The notes beneath the pieces are model-generated. The model ran no database searches. It had not been told where the DNA came from and worked only from the letters and a program-made list of their open reading frames with translations. Shown here piece after piece: positions 12,390-26,452 of a stretch of DNA of 64,000 nucleotides. Position 1 is the stretch's first letter. Each line of letters starts with the position of its first letter. The position numbers were made by a program, and so were the translations under genes. The DNA lies in the NCBI GenBank assembly GCA_951406725.2, contig OX597819.1, positions 93,434,001 to 93,498,000 on the forward strand, given 5' to 3'. The DNA comes from Octopus vulgaris. Taxonomy: Eukaryota.

Positions 12390-12740
12390 TGTGTAATCAG
12401 ACACCAAAGAGATTGAAGTTGGTCTACGTCAGCAAGACAATTATTATGTAATAAAATCAACAAAAAAAAAGAGTACACTGAATTCCAACCAGTATCTTTC
12501 CCTCCTTTTTTTCTTACAATTTATCTCAGTTTAGAGGATGTAAAACTCTGCTGTCTCACATTAATTTCACTCTTGTTAACTTTTCTCTCAAAAAAAAAGG
12601 AATGTTTGAAACGTCGGATTTTTCCACTCCTCCATGGCAAATTCGCTGCACTCTTTTCATCGATTTAACTATACACACACATACACATATATATATATAC
12701 ATGTAAATATATATATGTGTATGTATGTATGTATGTGTGT

Positions 12741-12995
12741 GTGGAGGCGCGTGGCTTTGTGGTTAGGGTGTCAGCATCATGGTCGTAAGATTGTGGTTGG
12801 TTTCGATTGCTGGACAGGGCGACACATTGTGTTTTTGAGCAAAACAACTCATTTCACGTTGCTCCAGTCCACTCAGCTGACAAAATTGAGTAACGCTGCG
12901 ATGGACTAGTGTCCCGTTCAGCTGGGGAACACATACGCCATTGAAACGGGAAACCGGGCCCATGAGCCTAGCTAGACTTTAAAAGGCACATTTAT
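12741..12995 (+). mobile_element. SINE family C (tRNA-derived, CORE-like central domain)
   Basis: A-box-like gtggctttgtggttagg, B-box-like ggtttcgattgc, CORE-like ttgtgtttttgagcaaaacaactcatttcacgttgctccagtccactcagctg, tail gcgatggactagtgtcccgttcagctgggg shared with 41807 and 60346. Confidence 0.8.
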
Positions 12996-13344
12996 TATTT
13001 TCATATATATAGGGGGAGAAAGAGAGAGAGATGTACATACATGTATGTGTGGATGGATGGAGTGAAGGAACTATAATACGGGTCAACATTTCGCTTTAAT
13101 TTCAATATGACAAGGCTGTTCTGTTGATTAGATCATCCGAAACCCTTATTGTCATAACCGACGGAGTGCTAGTAGTAGTAGTAGTAGTAGTAGTAGTGTG
13201 TGTGTGTGTTCTCTTTCTCTTTTTAATTTAGAATGAATTTTGACCAGTTGCCTGCTTGGCAGCAAGGTTGTGAAGGAAAGCATCTTGTTTTGTCCATCGT
13301 CTTTTAAATCTTAAGAAGCTCTTGCAAATTTTTATAATCCCACT

Positions 13345-13505
13345 ATGTATGTATACATGCATGTATGTATGTATGTATGTATGTATGTATGTATGCATGC
13401 ATGTATGTATGCATATATGTATGTATGCATGCATGCATGTATGTATGCATGTATGTATGCATGCATGTATGAATGCATGTATGCATGTATGTATGTATGT
13501 ATGTA
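13345..13505. repeat. (TATG/CATG)n microsatellite
   Basis: Direct observation. Confidence 0.95.
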
Positions 13506-13696
13506 TAAAATACAAAATGGGACAAGAATGCACAGCTGAAATTGCAAGGATTATCCGGTTTTTGACTGAGGATAGAAAGCTTCGAATGACCCATCCTTAT
13601 TTTTTCTTGTATCGTCTATCTGGATGTTTTGTTGTCCCTTTTTGTATCATTTAGTTGTCCGGATGTTTTGCGTTCTTGTCCCATTTTGTATTTTAT
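13505..13696. mobile_element. Family P copy 3 with ~28-bp terminal inverted repeats
   Basis: ataaaatacaaaatgggacaagaatgca at the left, tgcgttcttgtcccattttgtattttat at the right; flanked by TA-rich microsatellites. Confidence 0.75.
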
Positions 13697-15895
13697 ATAT
13701 ATATATATGTATGTATGTATGTATGTATAAATACATGTATGTGTGTATGTATGTATGGAAGAGGAGGAAGATACACTTAGATGTAAATCATAAAGGCTCT
13801 ATCAGGCCATAAAGAACATCTGGGTTATCAATTAGCCCAGTGCCTTCAAATTTTCTACATTTCTCCCATTTACATCCCATTAAACCAACAAAATCTCAAA
13901 TACCTGTTCTAGCATACAAAATCATAACACAGAAATAACTACAACATGCATGTGCACATTTGTTTTTCCTAAATAAGCTTATCTTTCTTGATGTTAACAT
14001 TTCCTCCCACCACCACCACTATCATTACTTAATATATCAGATTAAGATTATAGAGATGACTTAAATTACCTACATTTATCTCTTTATATCCAGTTATATA
14101 TCTACAACAATCTTAAATTCTATGTTCTGTAGAAAAGCACAATTTCAGAATGATTACAATAAGTGTATATGCGTTTGATTGTTTTATTTTTGCTTTCTTT
14201 TTTTTTTTTTTTTTTTTTTGGTAAACAGTCTTGTTTTCTCAATGTTACCACACATCGTATCACTGCTTAATTTATCAGATTATTGCGATGACACTGTTGT
14301 CAAGTGTACAACTGTCAATGTAATTTCTTCCAGTATGAAGAACCTGATGTGCAGACATGCATTGTGTTCTTTCTTGACATGAATGTATCTGAGTTAACTT
14401 CATTCATTCCACAACAATGAAAGATATTTTATCGCACTGCATATTCTGTATACCCAAACTATGTCTTGCATTGCACATTTTCTAGCTGTATTATGTTACA
14501 CAATGTGCAAGTATCTTTATATACAACCCCAGGCCAATGCAAACCTTGTGTGTAGGTTTTGGTAGATGAACTCTTGAAGGAAGCCCATCGAATGCACACA
14601 CATGTGTGTGTGTGAGAGAGAGAGAGAAACAGAAAGAGAGTGGGTGTGTGTTTGTGTGTGTGTGTATGCATTTGTGTGTAACTCTTTGTCTTGATATTGA
14701 TGTTGTAATTGTAAACAAACCTCACTGGCCTACAAGCAGTGTCGTTTGTTTGCAGTCTTCAATGAAAGCATGCCCAAGCATTGTTTCTGTTTGTGCTCAA
14801 AGGACGATGGGAAATATTGCTTGGCTTGAAAACATGTGGGAGCAGGTGACAGGAAAAAAAAAATATATGGATGAAGGAAAAATTCATTTAAACAAATTTC
14901 CTATGATTCATAAAATACTACAAAAAGTAAACGCGTAAACATTAAGATGATGATAACGACGACAATGCTAACGATGATTTCATTTCTATACAGCATATTT
15001 GAAATATGCTGTAGCTAGCAAGAAAAAAAACTTAAAACAGCATAGAGCATATGAATTAATTAATTCTATATAAGAATAAATATTTAACTTTGCTCTAAAG
15101 TCATTTAGTGAAATATAGCTCTCTGGAGATAACATACAGTGCTGATGACTGAAAATTAATGATATAAATCTAATTGGAATATCATACAGCTTCTGTGCAG
15201 TCAGAATTACTTATAATCTTTTAGATTACTTATTTAATGATAGAAAGTAAAAATTAATTACCATTAAACTTCATGTGTAATATGCATATTTTTCTTCAAA
15301 ATCTTGATTAAAAATTAGTGGTATGATATAATAAATGATATTAAACCGCAAAATTTTGTCCCCAGTTGGTTTTATCAAGAAAAACAAGACAAAAAAAAAC
15401 ATGGTAATGTAATGAAGATTTATTATTTCTTTTTAGATTATTTTCTTATATGTATCAGCATCATCATCATCATCACCATTATCGTTGTCATCATTATTTA
15501 ACATCCACTTTTCCATGTTCGCAAGTGTTAGATGGAATTTGTTGGGGCAGGTTTTCTATGGCTGAATACCCTTTCTGTTGCCAAGCTTCACCTATTTCCA
15601 AGCAAAGTTATATTTCTCATAGTCAAAGATGTTTTCCATGGAAGAATGGAAATGAGCTAAATCACTTGTACACATATGATGGTGAAGCACGTTGACAACC
15701 ATCATGAGATGTCAAGACAAAGATATATATACACACACACTCATACACACACATACAGTTTCCACTTATCAAAACTATTTACAAGGTTTTGGTTGATCCA
15801 GGGCTACAGCAGAAGATAGCTGACCATGATGCCAGACAGTGAGGCTGAACCCGAGACTGCATGATTGGGAAGCAAGCTTCTCAAACATACATTCA

Positions 15896-16110
15896 TACTC
15901 TTTTACTCTCTTTTACTTGTTTCACTCATTTGACTGTGGCCATCCTGGAGCACCACCTTTAGTCGAACAAATCAACCACAGGACTTATTCCTTGTAAGCC
16001 TAGTACTTATTCTATTGGTCCCTTTTGCTGAACTGCTAAGTTACAGGAATGTAAACACACCAGCATTGATTGTCAAGCAATGGTGGGGGGACAAACACAG
16101 ACAAAAACAT

Positions 16111-16145
<35 letters not shown>

Positions 16146-16279
16146 CAATTAGCTTCATTCAGCTTCTATCCACCAAATCTACTGAAGCTATAGTAGAAGA
16201 CACTTGCCCAAGGTGCCATGCAGTGGGACTGAACCCATAACCATGTTGTTGGTAAGCAAGCTACTTACCACACAGCCAC
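15896..16279 (-). mobile_element. SINE family A, near full length
   Basis: Reverse complement of the family A head, internal (CA)n(TA)n and (CTCTTTTA) tail. Confidence 0.9.
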
Positions 16280-16334
16280 ATACTTGAACCTTTAATATAT
16301 ATATATATCTATACATTTAATATAAAAAATGAAT

Positions 16335-16850
16335 TATTGGTTTCATATTTGGGCACAAGGCCAGTAATTTTGGGGGAGGGGGTAGGTCAATTGCATCAAC
16401 CCTGGGGCTCAAATGGCACCTAGAAAGATGAAAGGATAAGTCAGCCTTTGCTTAATTTGAACTCAGGTGCTAAGCATTTCGCCTGGCATGCTAGCAATAC
16501 TGCCAACATATTTGTACCTGCACCTAATATTTGCATATCAATATATTTAATATAAAATGAAAAATCAATTTCAAATTTTGGCACAAGGCCAGTAAGTTTT
16601 GAGGATGGGGTAAGTCACTTAGATTAACCCCAGTGCTCAACTGGTACTTATTTTTATCAACCTCCAAAAGGATGAAAGGCAAAGTTGGCCCCCAGAAGAA
16701 TTTGAACTCAGAACATAAAGATGGACAAAATGCTGCTGAGCATCTTGCCTGGCACACTAACAAATGAGTCAGCTCAATGCCTCATAAAATGAAATATTGA
16801 TTTTAAATTTTAGCCCAAGGCCAGCAATTTTGGAGTAGGGGTAAGTCAAG
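16335..16850 (-). mobile_element. Cluster of 2-3 decayed SINE family B copies
   Basis: Repeated ggcacaaggccagtaatttt...ccccagtgctcaactggtact...gatgaaaggcaaagt...tttgaactcag motifs. Confidence 0.75.
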
Positions 16851-17167
16851 ATATGATTTGCAGGAAACTTAGTTGTTATTTCTAGAAGATTGAGCAACCA
16901 AGTAGAGACAGACTCACTGATTCTGACTGCATATATTAGAATATTGTTCATAGGTTGTTGTTGTTGTTGTTGCTACTATTGCTGCTGTTGCTGTTGTAGT
17001 TGTTTAGTCTCTGGACAGCTCTGATCATACAACCTTGTAATCAAAAAAACATCTTCTGACATACTGCATCTTGGACCATATTATCCAATGTCTATTTTTA
17101 AGTGCATATGGAGTGGTCTTAGGGAGTTTTGGCTGCCATTTCTAGAGAAATAAATGGTCATCTAGAG

Positions 17168-17530
17168 CAGGTTTTTTAACCAATTTTTATTTATTTATGG
17201 ACCCTCTTGCTTTAGTACTTTATTCTGGAGGACCATGCCACATGCCATAACCATTCGATATTTAAAAACTAGTTTTATAGAAACTTCTTTCAAACTTCCT
17301 ATTTTGGTTTATCCCACATTAACTTGTGTAAGTTGAACTTTGAAAATGACAGGGAAAGAAACCTGGCTCTTTCTTGCAATAGATACATTTAAATCAAAAC
17401 TGTAAATAGATATTTAAAATACTACTGTGGATCCCCAATTTTCTATTTTGCTAGTGTACCCCACCCTAAAAAAGAAATCTTATATGAGCACCCCAGAGGT
17501 CTATGGACCCTGGTTGAGAATCAACCGAGG
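17168..17530 (-). mobile_element. hAT-type MITE (same family as 41523-42138)
   Basis: Decayed TIRs caggttttttaacc / ggttgagaatc; near-identical flanks (a/t)tctagag; internal similarity in reverse to 41640-41780. Confidence 0.7.
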
Positions 17531-19049
17531 TTCTAGAGTCATTTTTTTTGTAGGCTTGTCTTATTCTTTTCTAAATGAAACTGGTGTTTAGACTGCTCAT
17601 TAGCAAAAGTCACAACTGACCTGTTGATATTTTGCATTATCATTCACATAATGACAAGATTTGAATTCAAATTTTAATTTAAACATGAACACTTCTATGC
17701 AGGTGGTCTCAAAAGATGACACTAGGCTAAGGTGTCACTTGGTGGAATCAAACCCTAACTCAAACAGTTGCAAACTAGACTTCTAAATCACACAGCTTTT
17801 TCCATTCCTATATTTCATTAATAATTTGAGAAAAAGGCAATATTCCATTGCAACAGTGTTATTGATTTATGAATAAAAATTGATTACATTTATTCATCTA
17901 ATTATTTATTCATTCATTTATTTATTTTGAATACAATTTTTGGCTTGATAATTCCCATCCTTAGGTAACCATTGAAAGAAAAAAACAACAACAGAAACAT
18001 ATTGTTCTATTTTTGCCTTTATTTCATTTATTTACCTTCAAACCACAGTTTCTGAAGGATCTCTACAGAAAAATTAATGTGAGAGAAAGAGAGAAAGAAA
18101 AAGAGAAAGAAGGAGAGGAAGAGAAGGGGGGAGAGAGAGAAGTGTAAGAGAAAAATAACAAGAAAGATAAAGAGAGACAGAGAAAGAGATGGAAAACAAA
18201 TTAATGGCTTTTCTGCCTTTGTAAATAGCTGCTTTTAGTGAAGTACCTTATATCAAAGGCATCAGGCTAATAACAAGTTAGTAACGACAGAACAAATCTA
18301 ATAATTACACTTGTATTCTAGTCATTAGAACATGAGAAAAATGGAATTGCTGCACAATGGAAATATAGCGTCATATGAACTCTTATCTTTTAATAATTGG
18401 CTAGAATATTTTATTGTGAGAAAGACTGTACTGTTTAGAGAATAATGCTTTATAATACAATATTATGTTTTGTAAATATTATGTATTATACCAATATTCG
18501 CGATATTTTGTAAATAACATCTGTTACATTTTGACTACTTATGTTTTTATCATTAGTCTGGAAAATTAGTAATGCCCATAGCTTTTTTTTTTTTTTAAAA
18601 GATCTCTTAGACTGGGTGATAGACAATAAAGACAAAGTATAAAGCATGTGGTCTTGAAGAGTGTAATTCTGAGATATCGGGCATGGTGTTGTTATGAATT
18701 CTGTATATGTGCCACTAGGTTAAAGAAGATTTATAAAATATGATAATTCTAGATCACTTCTCAGTTTTTTAACCCTTTTGATGCTAACTCATCTGAGGCT
18801 AACTTTGGTTCTATCATACAAATTTCCTGTTTTAAATTGATCTAAATCAAAACCCATCAAAATTTAATGTTAGCTTATGTTCTAAACATCAGTATTATAA
18901 TGAGCTATTTTATTTAAACTCATTATTATTTTCCGAATAAATTTAAACAAAAGCAGTATATTTCAATAGACATACAGTAACAAAAGGGTTATTATACTGG
19001 GTCTGGAAGACTCAGTATAATAACCCTTCTGTTTAATAACCCCTGGCTG

Positions 19050-19485
19050 AAGGAGCAGGGTCCATGGCTTTCCTAGACAATGGATATTAATGCCATTGGT
19101 GTTCCTCTTGAACATTTGTAAGTTAAACCTGTAGGAAAGACATGACCAATGAGGGAATTCCAAAACCTCGATGTTCTGGGAAGTAGTGATTAGTGCAGAC
19201 CCTGGAAGGGTTGGGCGCAATAAAGATGATGAGATAAGGAAAGATGTATTGGTTGAGAAAATCTGAATTGGAGTGACTTGAACTCAATCATCTCAAAGGA
19301 GTAAATACCATTATATACTAATGGTAGAGAAGACAGAATAAGGAGATAGTATGCCAGTGAAACAGAGGCTGAATCATCTGTCAGTGACTTTAAGCTAATC
19401 AGATGAATGACCCATTTCTGGATGAAGTCTAGGGTCTCTGTGGATACAACAACAGCACTGTCAAAGCTGAAATAGCAATACTCCT
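19050..19485 (-). mobile_element. CR1/Jockey-group LINE 3' ORF2 relic
   Basis: EYC...LDFIQKWVIHLI...FPRTSRFWNSL..HVFP..FNLQMFKRN motifs typical of the ORF2 C-terminus, with frameshifts. Confidence 0.75.
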
Positions 19486-19897
19486 TTACTCTTTTACTTG
19501 TTTCAGTAATTTGACTGCAGCCATACAAGAGCACCACCTTTAGTCGAGTAAATCAACCCCAGGACTCATTCTTTGTAAGCCTAGTACTTATTCTATCAGT
19601 CTCTTTTGCCGAACTACTAAGTTACGGGGATGTAAACACACCAGCATCAGTTGTTAAGCAATGTTGGGGGACAAAAACACAGATACACAAACATATACAC
19701 ACACATACATATATATATACATACATACATTTATACGACAGGCTCCTTTCAGTTTCTGTCTACCAAATCCACTCATAAAGCTTTGGTCGGCCCGAGGCTA
19801 TAGTAGAAGACACTTGCCCAAGGTGCCATGCAGTGGGAATGAACCCAGAACCATGTGGTTTGTAAGCAAGCTACTTACTACACAGCTACTCCTGCAC
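19479..19897 (-). mobile_element. SINE family A, full length
   Basis: High reverse similarity to 39549-39966. Confidence 0.92.
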
Positions 19898-20414
19898 TGA
19901 GTGAGTTGCACTAATCTGAGTTTTTCTCAAAAGAATTCTATTTCCTACACCAACCAATGTACAAAGTTATACATCTACCCAATGACTCTAAATATTTACT
20001 GATGAAGTCATAATAATTCTGAAACATAAACCAGGCTTGTCTCCCATACTGGCAGAAATAATTTAAACATTAGTCACTGATTGATATTGCTTTTATTGTT
20101 TATTTTTTCTCACTATATAATTATTACTAATTAGTTTTGTGAAGCTCCCTAAATTAAATAATTGGACATGAATGTAGCTATTATGTGTCATTGGTGTGTA
20201 TTTTCAATAAATGAGTCACAAAATTCTTTTTGATATTCAATGAATACAAAATGATTTTTAAATCCAATAAATATACAAAGGGGAGAAATTCTGAGCAACA
20301 ATGCTGTGTGAATTGTATACTGAATAATTTTTCAATTGTTTGTAATCCATACAATACATAAATGCATACATACATATGTACATACACTCACTGAAATGTA
20401 TGTGTATACATACA

Positions 20415-20460
<46 letters not shown>

Positions 20461-21289
20461 GGTCTTGTAATATTTCTTCCAACTTCTTATGTTCATAGTC
20501 TAAATGACGCCAAGGTCTTTCATTCTTTCAAGATCAACGGTATTAACTAACCTTGACACCTCAAAATTACTGGCTATATGTCTAAATAAGTAACCTTTAT
20601 GGAACAGTGATAGCTTGGTGGAATTGTTAAAGAGCTAGCAATTATTTTGGCTTTTAACATTCTGGGCCCCAGTATGGTCGCAATCCAATGAGTGAAACCC
20701 GTAAAAGGTAAATGACAAATAGAAGGTAGCTTACAAATTTTCCTTTGTTAACCATTTTCATCATCAGATAGTTTTAAAAAAAATTGACAAATGACTCAGT
20801 GTTATTCATGGTTTTTATCAAAGGTTATTTAACGTTGACAATCTGGTGTACATTATCAACGGTTTTCACTTCTTTTTTTCTTTTCTCACACCTTGTATGT
20901 ATGATGTGTAGGATGGTTTTACATATTGAAACATTTTTATGTGCTCTTGCATCACAAAGTCAGTTGTTTTGTTATTTAATGCCAACAATAAAGCAGCTGT
21001 GATGCATATTTTACAGTTTGGTAAAGCAAGTTCCAATTCAAAAAGTGTGTGTGTTATTTTTTTTCTCTCCTCTTTAAAATGTAAAATACAAAATTAAATA
21101 TGTTTTTTGTTTTTTTTTTACTAAAGAATAAAAACAATAATTAGTGTAGATATAGAATGTCGGTAAGAAGACAATCTCTATAGTTTGTGGCCACTGTGAT
21201 AGTTAATCAATAGTTAATCTACAAGTAAAGTGTCTTCGTTTTATACGATATCTATCAATGTTTCATAAAATACTAACCATATATATTAG

Positions 21290-21303
21290 TGTGCATATAT
21301 AAT

Positions 21304-21380
<77 letters not shown>

Positions 21381-21597
21381 TATGTGTACATATGTATATA
21401 ATTATATTAATCATATACATGTATACATGTAGGTATATTTATATATATGTGTATATTCATATATATAAATATATACATATATATATATGTATATATATGT
21501 GTATACATACACACACATATATTTATATATACTAACACATACACATATGCATACATATGTATACAAGCATACACACACACACACACACACACACACA
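21290..21597. repeat. (TA)n/(CA)n compound microsatellite
   Basis: Direct observation. Confidence 0.95.
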
Positions 21598-21618
21598 GAA
21601 TCCAAATCAGCTGTATAC

Positions 21619-21944
21619 CTATTTGTGTACAGTTTTGGTATGTTTAGAATTGCAGTTTTAAATCTTCTTAATTTGTATATTATACCATCAGTTTCGAAAC
21701 ATAATAAAAATTGTTCAAGGGCTGTGATGCTGGTGGAGTCGGTGGCGTTGGGTGGGGGGGTGCAGGTGGTGTTGGCGGCACTGGTTGTGTTAGTGTTAGT
21801 AACGATGGCGTCGGTGGTGGTGGTGCCGGTGATGGTTGGGTGTGTGGAGAAGCCGGATGGTGGCAAGGAGAAACAAACTGGCATGTATGCCAAGTTAAAA
21901 TTGGCTTGAGTAACATAATGATGCCTATCTGTGACTGAATCTTT
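21619..21944 (-). CDS. Possible coding exon of unknown gene (Thr/Pro-rich then LEQFLLCFETDGIIYKLRRFKTAILNIPKLYTN)
   Basis: 326-nt open frame between TATTTAG acceptor and a weak AG|GTATAC donor; locally raised GC; no recognised homology. Confidence 0.22.
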
Positions 21945-22013
21945 CTAAATATTCAATATGAACATAACTTAGATGTTTGATTAGAATAATTGTAGTTTGG
22001 GGGGAAAATATAT

Positions 22014-22075
<62 letters not shown>

Positions 22076-22337
22076 AACATGTTTATTTTCGATTTTCTTT
22101 TCCTTTTCATTTTTTGTAGCTGATGAGTCATAATCACCATTCAATAACATTTTATGTATTCTTTAGTAAAGCATGGCACTTTAAGACACTTTTTACTCTA
22201 TTTTTAATGTTGTTTTGTGGTTTCTCCACAGGACAAAAGAAGTTTAATTTAAACCATCGTTTTGTTCTCACTTTTCTATTTTTGTTGTCTTTTTCTTGTT
22301 TTTGACTTTGTTTTTGTTTTGTATTTATTTCTGTAAC

Positions 22338-22922
22338 TGTATGGTTTAAAATTTGGGCGAGCATGACTATGAAGTAACAAATTCACTTCCACCAACAACC
22401 ATATGGTCTTGAGTTCAATCTCATGGTATGGCGCTATAGCCTTGGGATGATCAAAACCTTCTGAGTAGATTTGGTTGATGGAAACTGAAAGAAACCTGTT
22501 GTACATTTATGTGTGTGTGTGTGTGTGCATGCATGCATGTGTGTGTGCATGCATGTGTATACGTGCATGCATGCGTGTGTGTGTGCATGTTTGTGTGTAT
22601 GTGTGTGTATGTGTAGTCCAACCCATACCAGCATGGAAAACAGATGTTAAAGGATGATGAGGAAGTGGAAGATGGTGATGATGCCTGTGTGTTTATCGTT
22701 GTGTTTGTGCCATCCACCACCACTTGCCAACCGGCGTTTGTTTGTTTACATTCCTGTTATTTAGTGATTTGGCAAAAAGAGACCAATAGAATAAGTATTA
22801 GACTTAAAAATGATAAAAATAAGTACTGGGGGTTGATTTGTTCAAGTAAATCCTTCAGGACAGTGCTCCAGCATGGCAGCAGACCAAAAATTGAAGCAAA
22901 TAAAAAAAAAACTAAAAGATAA
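22338..22922 (+). mobile_element. SINE family A, decayed, with inserted family D tail fragment
   Basis: Head and tail motifs of family A; ccaacccataccagcatggaaaacagatgttaaa(gat)n at 22618-22660. Confidence 0.7.
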
Positions 22923-23478
22923 AGTATAATATTTACACTTTCTGTCCCCAACATTCCAGTACCCGGGTGACCAATAGATGAGCTTTAAACCAGTGGCTGC
23001 AAGGATCAAACCAACACTTGCATCAAACGTGGCTGAATCGCTCAGCTGTTAGGCAAAATCTTTTGTCATATTTAACAATGTCATTTTACATTTGGTTTTC
23101 AGATCTTACCTAGATCAATTGTGTCTTTCATCTTTCGATAGTCCATAATCTAAGTACTAGGTATCAGACAAATTCCCTTACTATATTCAGCTATGTCATT
23201 TTACATTTGAACTTCAAATATTTCTGTAGTTAAACTAGTTTACTACAGTTAAGTACTAGGGCAAATCAATTATTCTCATTCGAGCCAAGAAAGGCAAGAA
23301 AAAACCCCCAGCTAAATAGAGATGTACATACATATATATATGAAGAATTGTTGCCAATATTAATAGTATTAAGTTATTAACTTAATATGGTGGCTAGCAA
23401 TTTCACACCGTTATAGTGGTTTTTTTGAGCATCGGCTCTGATTTTTGCAAGTGGTATTATATACCCTACTGAATATAA

Positions 23479-23522
<44 letters not shown>

Positions 23523-23886
23523 ACATATACATATATACACACTCATATATGTATATATACATATATATAATCAGCAACACTAGTATTTAACATGTGTCTT
23601 CTATACTAGCATGGGTGGTTGTATTGTTTGACAGGATCCAAAATGTCAGAGAACTTCATTCAGCTCAAATATTTCCTCTAGTATGTGTTCTGCAGCTGGA
23701 TAACTCTTCCTAACATCACATATGTGTGTGTATTTGTGCAAGTTACTCAGTTTTTGCCCACACCAGCCTTAAAACCAGTGTTACTATATTCTAATCATGT
23801 CCCTTTTATATCAACACAAGACTAAAATAATCACGAGGCTCAATGTGATTCACTAAAACCATTGAAGGTGATGAATATCCTTGCAT

Positions 23887-24296
23887 GGCATAGGAGTGGA
23901 TGTATGGTAAGTAGCTTGCTTACAAACCACATGGTTCCAGGTTCAGTCCCACTGCATGACACCTTGGGCAAGTGTCTTCTACTATAGCCTCGGGCCGACC
24001 AAAGCTTTGTGAGTGGATTTGGTAGACGGGAACTGAAAGAAGCTTGTCGTATATTTGTATATATATATGTATGTGTGTGTATATGATTGTGTGTCTGTGT
24101 TTGTACTCGCCCCCAACATCGCTTGACAACCGATGCTGGTGTGTGTACATCCCCGTAACTTAGCGGTTTGGCAAAAGAGACCAACAGAATAAGTACTAGG
24201 CTTACAAAGAATAAGTCCTGGGGTCGATTTGCTCGACTAAAGGTGGTGCTCCAGCATGGCCACAGTGACATGATTGAAACAAGTAAAAGAGTAAAG
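23887..24296 (+). mobile_element. SINE family A, full length
   Basis: tRNA-like head ggttccaggttcagtcccac, accttgggcaagtgtc, internal microsatellite, tail gaaacaagtaaaagag. Confidence 0.92.
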
Positions 24297-25049
24297 TATG
24301 GCTGCTGTCCAATGAATGAAACCAGTCAAAGAATATAACTAAATTAACCAATCAAAAACAAAGTTCATCTATTCCACTATTTCACTTCTCATCTCTCTAT
24401 ACAGTAATGTGTTTGTTCATTGATATTCTACTCAGTTTGGTGTAAACACAGCTTTTATAATTCTTTTAAAAGTTATTTCTTTACTTTTACGTCTGAAGGT
24501 ATTTATAATATTTACTATCAAATTTCTGTCTAGTCTGGAACAATCTCTCACAGTACATTTTGCCACATCATCTTTACTTGTGAACCATAAATAAATAATT
24601 GGATGGATCAATAGTTTTACTTCCAGTATCTTAACCTATTATTTGGTAAGGGTTATTGTACATGTGTATATATCTATATGCATATACAAGTATGTATGTG
24701 CATGTGTGTGTGTATATATATATATATACATATATGTATGAACATATACATGTATATAAGTACATACATATAAATATATATATTTATATATATAGATGTG
24801 TGTGTGTGTGTGTGTATTTATATAAATATGTGTGTATGTATGTCTTTATACTGTGATAAAAAGTAACTAAAATTAATTGCAATGCACAATATCCACAGAA
24901 CATCTATTTTGTGTTTGTAAACATATTTACTATAAGATATTGGTGGATGTGTCTCACTAATACTCAGAAATTTTAAGATTCATAAATTTTAAGGAGAATT
25001 TAAATTAGATAATCCCGTTGCAGGATCATTTGCTCTCATGGACTCAGCT

Positions 25050-26400
25050 TTCAAAATAATCTTTAGAATATGTTTATATACACAAAATGGAATATATGGA
25101 AGAGAGCAAATTACAAGCCACCAAAGAGATGAGTAAAAGGATGCAAATAACTCAAAACACAGCTCACAGAAAGATTTAAAGCCTACTTCACTGTTAACGT
25201 CAACAAACCACTAAACAAAAGAATAGCTGTAACATGTGATCAATAGAAAACCTACTGACTTCATGTTATCCATGATCAATCAAGTTTCTAAAGAACAATT
25301 TGTACAAATTGAGCTCCCAGCTATTGGACATTGAATGTCCTGCTGTACTGAGTTGGAATTACCATTTGTCAACAAATGGTAGTAACAGAAATCAATTGAA
25401 ATGATAACGTACTGCCAAGATGGATTACTTCTTTCCAAAAGAATATTGACAGAGAAAGAATAAGACATTGATCAGTTAGATCCTATCATTAGATGCCATG
25501 TGAATAATGGAGTCGGAAATCACAAGCTACAATTTTATGATAATCTATCCAAAGTCTACAAGGAACTGCTTGTGAGAGACCTGTACAGGTAAATTAATTG
25601 CCCTTAAATGCAAAGTTTGAGAAAAGACTTCTTCTCATAAGAAATTACAAGAGTGTACAGTTATCAACTGTCAGTTTACTTAAACCCACAAGCTCTATAC
25701 CACAGCAACAAAGACCATGCCATCAAGGTTTAAAGGCTCCACTTTGGGATAGTCTTGAAATATTCTGTGGGTGGGGAGCTCAGGAATGTAAATAAACAGC
25801 ACAACCATGATGCAGTATGGTTAAATGAGCAGTGGAATGATTACTGAGAAAAAGTTTCTTCTAAAACATATGACATTCCCAATGAAATTCTTCTGACGGT
25901 TGTGGAAAACTACTGAATGAAAAATCACAAGTTGAACTAATAGTTGCTTATTGATATAGGAAGTTCACATTCTACAAGGAATCTCTCATCAACACAAAGG
26001 AAAAGATCAAGGACATTGAACACAGTGAGCCAGGCTGGTTGATGTTTGCATGCATATCTGTACATAGAGGGAGAGACTCATGAGGCAAAAATCTACCTTC
26101 TTATAATAGACTAAAATGTTATGTATAAACTATACACAGGTTGCTAGAATGTATTGCTCCATTATCTTGGCAAAACAGATGATGAGATTGAATGATTCAC
26201 AAGCAAGATGAAAGGAAGTTGTACTGAACAGCTCCTATCAATAATGCTGCCATAAGGAGGTGAGGCAGAATCACCAAAGTTTACTGCTTGCATGGCTAGA
26301 TATCCGAAGATGCTTGACTCCATCACATGCAGACTATCAGAAAATTATAGCTGCTACTGACTATGCTACACCTACTATATACATTTGTAAGTAATGAACC
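25050..26400 (+). mobile_element. R4/Dong-clade LINE relic (pre-RT and RT N-terminal region), heavily decayed
   Basis: Remnant motifs HN.DAVWL, ETHEAK.Y...NVMYKLYTG, CTEQLL.NN, AWLDY.K..DS matching NYRPITCLN.MYKL, GC.EQLLIN and AWIDYKKAFDS. Confidence 0.65.
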
Positions 26401-26452
26401 TGCAGAAGTGGTGGTAGTTCATCATAATATTTTTGTAACAGCCTCAACAGCA

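Noticed and set aside
19999-20032. CTGATGA...GAAAC on the plus strand
   Set aside because: Only a 2-bp stem II and no stem III or stem I complementarity.
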